Below are positions 55,190 to 64,000 of a stretch of DNA of 64,000 nucleotides, piece by piece. Position 1 is the first letter of the stretch. Every line of letters starts with the position of its first letter. Both the position numbers and the translations under genes were made by a program. Under the pieces are notes generated by a model. That model did no database searches. It was not told where the DNA came from and was given only the letters and a program-made list of their open reading frames with translations. This DNA comes from Octopus sinensis (Eukaryota): NCBI RefSeq assembly GCF_006345805.1, contig NC_043012.1:41540001-41604000 (forward strand). The letters run 5' to 3'.

Positions 55190-55640
55190 TCCCTTCTTCT
55201 TCTTCTTCTTCTTCTTCTTCTGCTTCTTCTTCTTCTTCTTCTTCTGCTTCTTCTTCTGCTTCTGCTTCTGCTTCATCTTCTTCTTCTTCTTCTTCTTCTT
55301 CTTCTTCTTTTTCTTCTCCTCCTTTTCCTTCTCCTTTTTGTTCTCCTTCTTCCTCATTTTTTTCTCCTCACTCTTCTTCTTCTTCTTCTTCTTCTTCTTC
55401 TTCTTCTTCTTCTTCTTTTTCTTCTTCTTCTTTTCTTCTTCTTCTGCTTCTGCTTCATCTTCTACTTTTCCTTCTCCCTCTTTTCCTTCTCCTTTTTGTT
55501 CTTCTTCCTCATTTTTTTGTCCTCACTCTTCTTTTTTTTCCTCTTCTTCTCCCTCATCTTTTTCCTCTCCTTCTCACTCTTCTTCTTCTTCTTCTTCTTC
55601 TTCTTCTTCTTCTTCTTCTTCTTCTTCTTCTTCTTCTTCT
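55190..55640. repeat. Degenerate (TTC)n low-complexity tract
   Basis: Direct reading. Confidence 0.9.
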
Positions 55641-56010
55641 TTTGATATTAGTTCTACTACCGTTTCTGTTCTTGCTCCAGTTGATATCGTATCGTTGTTG
55701 TAGTCATTTTGTTGTTGCTGTTGTTACTGCTGTGGATCTTGTTGCTGTCCACGGACCCTCACTTTCCACCTGTCTGTTCCATTTACTAATCTCCTCTCAC
55801 CTATTTCATGCTCAACTCTTATCAAATCAACATCAATTCCACGCATCAGTTATTTCTTCTTCCATCGTTTCTCTAATTTATTGTCATTAAATATTCCATG
55901 TTGCCAAAAGATAAGAAGAAACACCAGCGATTCAGAGAACGAATACTAAAAACAATATTTCCTTTTAAATGAATTCTTTCAATAATAATAATAATAATAA
56001 TTTTTTTTTT

Positions 56011-56188
56011 GCCCACAAGGGGCTAAACATAGAGGGGACAAACAAGGACAGACAAAGGGATTAAGTCGATTACATCGACCTCAGTGCGTAACTGGTACTT
56101 ATTTAATCGACCCCGAAAGGATGAAAGGCAAAGACGACCTCGGCGGAATTTGATCTCAGAACATAACGACAGACGAAATACCGCTAGC
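56011..56188 (-). mobile_element. SINE family A (long-tail variant)
   Basis: CCCACAAGGGGCTAAACA.AGAGGGGACAAACAAGGACAGACAAAGGGATTAAGTCGATTACATCGAC..CCCCGAAAGGATGAAAGGCAAAG. Confidence 0.85.
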
Positions 56189-56320
56189 AATAATAATGAT
56201 AATAATAATAATAATAATGATGATAATGATGATTGTAATATTAATAACAATAACAACAACAATAATAAAAATAATACTACTAATAAGGATGATGATGATG
56301 ATGTGATGATGATAATAATA

Positions 56321-56364
<44 letters not shown>

Positions 56365-56498
56365 TAATAATAATATAGAATAAAACAAGTAAAAAGAGAA
56401 ACTAAAATGTTAGAAACAAAAAATATATCGCTGGTTTTCTCACTCTCACTCTCTCTCTCACACACCAATCCTCTCTCTCTCTCGCCTATACTATTATA

Positions 56499-57420
56499 TA
56501 TACTTCTCTCTATCTCTCTTTCACTCTACTTTTCTATCTACTTTTCTCTCTCTTCTCTACTTCCTCCTTTTTCTCTGTTTTATCTAATCTCTCTGTCTCT
56601 CGTTCCACTCTGTCTGTCTGTCTATCTCTCTGCCTGTCACTCGCTGTATCTTTATTTCTCTCTCTCACTCTCACTCTCTCTCTCTCTTCCTTGCTCTACA
56701 CTTTTTATATACTTTTCACTCTCTCTTACTCTCTACTTTTCTCTCCTTCCGACTCTCTCCCTCTCTCTCTGCTTTCCCCTACTTCTCTCTATTCTCTCTC
56801 TATTGCTTTCTTTCTCTTTCTCTCTATCTAAGTCTCTGTCTCTCTCTCCCTGCCTATTCTCACTAAATCTGATTATCTCCCTATCACTCTCCGTTTTTCA
56901 ATATATCTATCTATCTCTATTTCTCTCTCTATCTCTCTCTCTCTCTCGCTCTACATATTTATATACTTCTCTCTATCTCTCTTTCACTCTACTTTTCTAT
57001 CTACTTTTCTCTCTCTTCTCTACTTCCTCCTTTTTCTCTTTGTTTCTATCTAATTCTCTCTGTCTCTCGTTCCCACTCTGTCTGTCTGTCTATCTCTCTG
57101 CCTGTCACTCGCTGTATCTTTATTTCTCTCTCTCACTCTCACTCTCTCTCTCTCTTCCTTGCTCTACACTTTTTATATACTTTTCACTCTCTCTTACTCT
57201 CTACTTTTCTCTCCTTCCGACTCTCTCCCTCTCTCTCTGCTTCTTCCCTACTTCTCTCTATTCTCTTCTCTATTGCTTTCTTTCTCTCTTTCTCTCTATC
57301 TAAGTCTCTGTCTCTCTCTCCCTGCCTCTTCTCACTAAATCTGATTATCTCCCTATCACTCTCCGTTTTTCAATATATCTATCTATCTCTATTTCTCTCT
57401 CTATCTCTCTCTCTCTCTCT
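56499..57420. repeat. Tandem duplication of a ~465-bp CT-rich unit
   Basis: TACTTCTCTCTATCTCTCTTTCACTCTAC at 56501 and 56964; CCGTTTTTCAATATATC at 56891 and 57363. Confidence 0.9.
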
Positions 57421-58258
57421 GTCAGTGGCCTTCCTCTATCGATCTGTTTAACTCTGATACGACTCACACATATATACTACCAACTCCATGACCACTCTCC
57501 TGCACCTACCGCTCTCACTACCACTATTATTCCCACTACACTACGGCTATCACTGCCACCATGACTACCACCACAGCTACCAGTGTTACTAACATTATCA
57601 ACAAGACCGACACATGTGACCAACAGTACTAACCCCAACGCTACTACTACTACATCATACGCCCACCATCCCAACCCGTCTTCGCCACTATCACCCGAAC
57701 TACAACAAACTCACCCACAGCCACCACCACCTTCTGGACACTCATGATCATCATGAGAATACTAGCAACAAATAAAACCACACCAAGAGAAAAACAACAA
57801 AGAAAACAATGTGAAAAAACGAAATATATTTGTCTCTCACCTACAATGATCATGCATGCATGTATATATGCATGTACATATGCGCTGTTTCTGCGTGTGT
57901 GTACTGGCAAGCGTGCGTAATCTTATGGAGAAAACGGCAACTACAAGTAAAGAAAACGAAAATGCTAATTGCAGAAGAAACATTCAGTTAGTTTTATGAG
58001 CTTAAACTGGGGGAGAAGAGAAAAAAGTAAAATTTGTGACGTTTCGGACATTATCATTTATCAGATAGTAGAGATGAATCCATGAGAGATTTTAAAGAAA
58101 TAGAAGACAAAGAAAGAGACGAATAATATTAAGAGGATCAGGGAGGGGCACGTGGATTCGGTTCACATGTTTTACGGTCTTACATGCATAGACACACATA
58201 AATATATATGTATGTTTTTCTCTCTCTCCTTCTCTCGTTATCTCTCTCTGTGTCTCAC

Positions 58259-58351
<93 letters not shown>

Positions 58352-58391
58352 AGCAGGAAAACTTTAGCCATTTCTCCGCAGACTGAGAAAA

Positions 58392-58434
58392 ACCTTAATC
58401 GATTTTCCAATCTTATTGGGTTCTCATCAGAGGC
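58392..58434 (-). ncRNA. Decayed minimal hammerhead ribozyme
   Basis: GCCU-CUGAUGA-GAACCCAAUAAGAUUG-GAAAA-UCGA-UUA|AGGU: 4-bp helix I and palindromic loop present, 3' strand of helix II shortened. Confidence 0.45.
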
Positions 58435-58744
58435 GTCTACATCATTCTCACAGTTTCCAGAGGAAAAAAGGAGCCAAACTGTTTATATACTCAACAAATG
58501 CAGCAGTTACTCTACGAAGGAGTCACTAATTTGCATATACATATATATATATATATACATACTCAGACACACAAACTTGACAGGTGAAATCCAGAGATGC
58601 TTTAATATTGGAAACACTTAGTACTGCTCAAATTTGGTACACAGAGCCTCTGTGTGTATGTGATGTGTGTGTGTGTGCGTCTGTGTGTGTGTGTGTCTGT
58701 GTGTGAGTGCGTCTGTGTGTGTGTGTCTTTTTGTGTGTGTCTTT

Positions 58745-58925
58745 GTCTCCCACCGCTACTTGACCTCCAGGTTTCGTGAGTTTACGTTTACATTCACAGC
58801 AGTTCTATAAAAAAACAGAGAACGATAGAATAAGTACCAGTACTAACACAATATTTCGACTAAAACCGCCCAAGAAAGTGCTACAGCATGGCCGCAGTCC
58901 AATGACTGCATCAAGTAAAAGATAC
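58745..58925 (+). mobile_element. SINE family C fragment
   Basis: GATAGAATAAGTACCAG..CGACTAAAA..CAGCATGGCCGCAGTC. Confidence 0.7.
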
Positions 58926-59061
58926 ACTAAAAGACTATAGCAGTAAGAGTGCACGGATATAAATGTAAAAGTGTACTCAGATATAAATGACGAATAGAGA
59001 GAGAAATACAGAAATATTTGTTTCAAAATTTTGCAAAAGGTTAGCAATTTGGAGGGAATGG

Positions 59062-59412
59062 ATGAGTCGGTTACATCCACCCCAGTATACGACTGGTACT
59101 TATTTTATCAACCCCGAAAGGATGAAAGCAAAGTCGACCTCAGCAGGATTTGAACTCAGAGCATGAAGAGTTGGCAGGAATACCACAATGTATTCTTCTT
59201 AGTTATGCCACTTTCTACCACCACTAAAATAATAACAGTTTCAAATTTTGGCACAAGGCCAGCAATTTCAAGGAGGGGCATTTTATTTTATTGACCCCGA
59301 ATGGATGAAAAGCAAAGCTGACATCGCCGGAATTTGAACTCAGAATGTAAGACTGACGAAATGGTGCTAAGAGTTTTGCTCCTCGTTTTAATGATTCTGC
59401 AAGTCTGCCGTC
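59062..59412 (-). mobile_element. Two degenerate SINE family A copies
   Basis: CCCCGAAAGGATGAAAGCAAAGTCGACCTC..GATTTGAACTCAGA, twice. Confidence 0.75.
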
Positions 59413-59609
59413 TTCGAAATAAAGAAATGTTACGAATAAACAGCATTGCAACTAAATGAGAGGCAAAACGTATCTTTCAAAGAAATGTTACATGACCAAT
59501 TCTCAAAGACATAGGAATATGAGGGAGAGAGGACTACTTGGGAATCAGAACCGAAGGGCATTGATAAGCAACGACAGGTGATTTGGCGAAATGCTATGAA
59601 TTGAAAATA

Positions 59610-59800
59610 TGGATGGAAGTGGTCATGTATCCTGCCACATATCCCTGTCGAAAGCCATTCTTCAGGGCACTTAAGGACAGAGACCAGTGGCGACGTCCGT
59701 TTATGACAGCGTCTGGATTGGTACCGCAACGTCTGGCTGTATCAGTTAAGGAATGAATCTTGATGATGATGATGATGATGATGGATGATGATGATGATAG
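59610..59800 (+). mobile_element. RTE-clade LINE 3' end relic with (TGA)n tail
   Basis: GHVSCHISLSKAILQGT then KDRDQWRR..ASGLVPQR*, typical RTE C-terminal motifs, followed by a (TGA)n run. Confidence 0.65.
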
Positions 59801-60915
59801 ATGGAAGTCATATTTGTTGTGAGTTACGCGAAAGTATTTAATATGTTGTGCGTGAAAGTAGTGTTAAGAGGGCATAAAAAGAATATAAAATTAGTTTTGA
59901 CAGGTTAAGGAGGAAAAGGAAAAAAATGGAATATGGTGTATGATGGGTTATTAAAAAATATTGGATTCTAACTAGATTCCAAATGCGTCAAATACCTACT
60001 CCTATTACTTGATTCTATAAGAAGAGAAAATGTCTGAAGGAAGATATGTAAAGGAAAAGCTATCGAAAGAATTTACTTGTATTCTGAAAAGAAAGATAAA
60101 TATATAGAAAAAAACATATCTAGTGATGGTTTTCGTCGGCAAAAAACCCCCTTAAATATAAAATTATTGAAACAAAAGATCCCCTTAAACAAATAAACAA
60201 AAACAGCTAATAAAATTTGTAACGAAATTACGTTTGTATGTTATGAAGAGCGGCGGCGAGTGATGACGTTTGTGACAAGTCTTTCCCTACTTGGAACAAA
60301 TGTAAAGTGTTTTGAAAGGTAAGAAATTATTCTTTTGTGAATTTCTGTGCGCATTGATTTACAATAAGAATGTTTCAACGAAATATAATGTATTCTATAC
60401 GAAATCACGAATGATTCTTCATATATCGTGACTCATGCGAGCAGATCTTAAAGGAAGAGTAAATAAAATTTAAGTGTGTTCGGTATTATGCTTATTTGAT
60501 TTGCAGTAGGACATTCACAATTTCCATTGTCTTTCTATTCACGGCTCTTTATTACATTTAAGACAACCAATATCTCGCTTATTGCAACAAACGCCGGACA
60601 GATTCTTTATATTTCTTCTATTTTTCTTATTGGTTTTACCAATTTGTTCTTGCTATTTTCCTCAGCAATTTTTCACTGTAGTACGTTAAATTTATAATTT
60701 TGCAATGATTTCGTAAGCACGCTATTAGCTGGTACACATATATGCACGCAAACATTTATGTATATATCTATGCATGATGTATATGTATATATATGCTCGT
60801 GCGTCCGAGCACACCTATGTCTATATGTAGGTATATGTATATATATATACATATATATATTATATATATATATATATATATACATATATAAATATATATA
60901 TATATATTATAATAT

Positions 60916-60977
<62 letters not shown>

Positions 60978-61269
60978 TAATGTCGGCAGTAAATAGTTGG
61001 CAATTATAGCAGGAATAATTCTTCGTGCAACAGATTTATTTAAAGCGCTCAACAGAAGAGAGAATGTATCAAATTTAAACCAGTAATATATGCAAAGATA
61101 TACACAGAGACAGCGAAAACCGAGAGACTCTGCAAAACTACGTCAAACAACATACTGGTTTCAAATTTTAACACAAAGCCAGCAATTTCTGTTACTTATT
61201 TTATCGACCCCGAAAGGACAAAGTCGACCTTGCCGAAATTTGAACTGAGAATGTGGAGACAGACGAAAT

Positions 61270-61786
61270 GTTAGAAAATTACTATTTTAAAATCTCACAA
61301 CGTGAGATATTCAGCAACAGTACTTTATAGTAAAGATTCTTTGGCAACATAACATGGCAGTCCTGGTTTAGGACTAATATTGCTGTAATTTAGCCCCAGG
61401 AAACATTGTCTCCAGCTGGCTATACGACACTATCTGTGTCCTTATATTTTCCAACAAGGGAATCTAGCACCCCAACTCAGCTCAAAACAATATCTGTGTA
61501 TCGTGATTTCTGGGTTATTTCCCTTCATCAGCACAGAATAATTGCTCGGTTAGAGAGGGCGCTGCCAAATTCCCGTTCGAAATATATAGTTTTCAAAGTG
61601 ACAACTAGAACTTAGAAAATTACTATTGTTTTGAGCTGAGTGTGGGTGCTAGATTCCCTTGTTGGAAAATATAAGGACACAGACCGTGTCGTATAGCCAG
61701 CTGGAGACGATGTCTCCTGGGGCTAAATTACAACCTTAGTCCTAAACCAGGACTTCCATGTTATGTTGGCAAACAATCTTTACTAG
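61270..61786 (-). mobile_element. Hammerhead-bearing non-autonomous retroelement (PLE-derived or retrozyme-like): 341-nt terminally redundant unit plus 162-bp inverted arm
   Basis: TTAGAAAATTACTATT at 61271-61286 and 61612-61627; inverted arms 61328-61492 and 61624-61785 (~90% by manual alignment); hammerhead at 61493-61537; ~9-bp TSD. Confidence 0.7.
61493..61537 (-). ncRNA. Minimal Type I hammerhead ribozyme
   Basis: UCUGUG-CUGAUGA-AGGGAAAUAACCCA-GAAA-UCACGA-UA|CACAGA: perfect 6-bp helix I, GGG/CCC helix II (A/A at its base), full core. Confidence 0.8.
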
Positions 61787-62055
61787 AGATGAAATATTGT
61801 TCAGCATTTTTCCCAGCGTGCTAACGATTCTGCCAAGCTCGTCGCTCTAAATTCAGACAACGCATTCAAATATGATATCTACAAAGGGGAACATTTCATT
61901 ATTTAATCGTGCATATTTTAAGAAATTTTAGCTTCTTGGATGGAATGTATTTTACTATAAGCCTGTACTCGCAGAGCATAGAAATCGCTTCGAAACAGCA
62001 GCAACAATGACGTCGATCACAACTGCAACTCATTGCCGAATAATACTCTTCGGCA

Positions 62056-62830
62056 AAAGCGGCGAGCTGGTAGAAACGTTAGCACGCCGGGCGAAATGCT
62101 GAGCGGTATTTTGTCAGCCGTTACGTTCTGAGTTCAAATTCCGCCGAGGTCGACTTTGCCTTTCATCCTTTCGGGGTCCATTAAATAAGTACCAGTTATG
62201 CACTGGCATAGATGTAATCGACTTAATCCGTTTGTCTGTCCTTGTTTGTCCTCTCTGTGTTTAGCCCCTTGTGAGTAGAAAAGAAATAGGTATTCCGTCT
62301 GCCGAGATCGACTTTGCCTAACATCCTTTCGGGGGTCGATAAATTAAGTACCAGTTGTGTACTGGTGTTGATCTCATCGACCGGACCCCTCTCCCTAAAA
62401 ATTTCAGGCCTTGTGCCTAGAGTAGAAAAGTATTGTTAGCACGCCGGACTAACGATAAGCCGCATTTCGTCCGTACATTCTGAATTCAAATACCGCCATT
62501 TCGACTTCGCATTTCATCCCTTTTGGGGTCAATGATAGAAGTATCAGTTGAGCGCTGGGGGTCGATGTAACTGACTTAACTTTTCCCCTGAACTTGCCGG
62601 CCTTGTACCAAAATTTGAATCTGATATGTTTACCCATAGAAGGCAGTGGGGTGGCAGAATCGATAGCACGCCGGGCTAAATGCTTAACAGCTTTTCGTCG
62701 GTCTTTACGTTCTGAGTTCAATTTCTGCCAATTACTTTGTGTCATTTCAGCTTCGATAAAATAAATACCAGCTAAGCACCGGCGTTGATGTATTGGACTG
62801 AAACCCCACCACCCAAAAAATTGCCAACTC
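62056..62830 (+). mobile_element. Head-to-tail cluster of four SINE family A copies
   Basis: Core repeats at ~62150, ~62310, ~62505 and ~62740; first copy is full length and least decayed. Confidence 0.88.
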
Positions 62831-63174
62831 TGTGACAAAATGTGATTCCCATATCAAGCATTAGCTCTAGCTCGTACGTTTATAAAAAAAATATGTGATT
62901 ACTAATTACTGGTATTTATTTTTAGAGATTAAAGAAATTTTGATAAATGTGTCCATAGTGGAATGGCGGATTAATTTATAAATATTAAAAAAGGCATCAC
63001 GCAAATCTGCAAAATATTTTAATCCTGTTCCTATCATCACAGAGAAGTTCAGACTTCACAATCCGACATCTATTTATAACTCTGTGAAAAGGTTTCACAT
63101 AATTTAGGGACAGGGATATATTGGGTTCAATCGCCACCAATGGTACCTCCTCTCCAACGATACATTATTTTCTT

Positions 63175-63305
63175 CTCTATTCTAGGCACAAGGCCCGAAA
63201 TTTTGTGGGAGGAGGTCGATCGATTAGATTGACCCCAATACGCAACTGGCACTTGATTTATCGACCCCCGAAAGGATGAAAGGCAAAGTCGACCTCGGCG
63301 GAATT
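63175..63305 (-). mobile_element. SINE family A fragment
   Basis: TTTATCGACCCCCGAAAGGATGAAAGGCAAAGTCGACCTCGGCGGAATT. Confidence 0.85.
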
Positions 63306-63914
63306 CCAACGGTTCTATATTTTATCAACAGACTCGATATCGGCAGTATTTGAACGCAGAAGATAAATCGCCGTTTACTAAACACTTCAAGACATTCTTC
63401 TGCTAGTCTACATTTGTAATTCTAGTACGCAACGGCCACATTAGAATCAAACCAACTATAAAGAGAATATGGTAGTCTTTAAATGCATAAAATGATGCCA
63501 GTGTTATAATACGCGAAAAAGAAAACAAAATGGCAGCAAATATATACAAACATAAAAAGGTTAGAAAAAATGTAAGCGAGGGGAAGTATTGAGTGTGAGG
63601 AGAAATAAAGTAAAGAACTTTGTATTCTAGCAACCATTTCATGCCTAATTGCCTCCAGCTAACCAGATCAACATAAAATATGTTCGACAAAACACTTTGC
63701 GATTATTCTTCTTCTTCTTGTTCCTTGTTTTTTTTTCGATTTTTGTTTAGTTTTTGTTGGTTACATTTTTGTTTGTTTTTTTCTTTATGTATTTAAAAAA
63801 TATATATATGTATGCAATAAATTCTACAAAATAAAAATCATGAATTTCGATTGTAGATTGTAGATTGATTGTCTGTGTTTCGGCTTTCTGGTAAACATCA
63901 TCTTCGACGTCGTC

Positions 63915-63935
63915 GTCGTCGTCATCATCATCATC

Positions 63936-63986
<51 letters not shown>

Positions 63987-64000
63987 GTCATAATAATAAT
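63915..64000. repeat. (TCA)n microsatellite running off the window end
   Basis: Direct reading. Confidence 0.9.

Larger units (their letters stand above)
61150..61850 (-). mobile_element. SINE family A split in two (head 61787-61850, body 61150-61269) by a ~516-bp insertion
   Basis: Head GGCAGAATCGTTAGCACGCTGGG.AAAATGC at right, body ATTTCGTCTG..CAGTTCAAATTTCGGCAAGGTCGAC at left; AGA(C/T)GAAAT duplicated at 61261-61269 and 61787-61795. Confidence 0.8.

Noticed and set aside
55119-55703. Poly-F/S/L ORFs and a possible K/E-rich minus-strand protein
   Set aside because: (TTC)n tract; the acidic minus-strand frame is broken by TGA/TAG stops
56407-57303. Longest ORF in the track (298 aa, S/L/F-rich)
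   Set aside because: Arises from CT-rich duplicated low-complexity DNA that lacks stop codons; no coding signal
59655-59670. CTGAAGA on the minus strand
   Set aside because: Antisense of the RTE ILQG codons; no downstream GAAA

Overview
This is AT-rich, microsatellite-saturated animal (non-coding-dominated) genomic DNA, with one 100-N assembly gap at 3999-4098. The SINE inventory and very high (TA)n/(TAA)n/(GATA)n load look like a cephalopod, probably Octopus; that is from my recollection, not a search. No intact host gene is recognisable, and only three weak, mutually frame-compatible plus-strand exon candidates were found. Almost all listed ORFs are simple-repeat artefacts. Real content: (1) several fragments of R4/Dong-clade non-LTR retrotransposons (RT, CCHC and restriction-like endonuclease domains), most of them embedded in or tailed by (TAA)n arrays; (2) relics of Penelope-like elements (PLE), a mariner transposase and an RTE 3' end; (3) more than 20 tRNA-derived SINE copies. 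The most notable signal is a set of minimal Type I hammerhead ribozymes read directly from the sequence. One is near-intact at 61493-61537 (-) and sits in a 341-nt terminally redundant unit with an inverted partial copy, which splits a SINE with a ~9-bp TSD. One has an intact core at 31965-32091 (-) with an unusually long helix II. Several decayed copies also occur, some at the boundaries of 90-165-bp inverted repeats. The window also shows several template-switch-type fold-back duplications, one of them demonstrable against a paralog inside the window.
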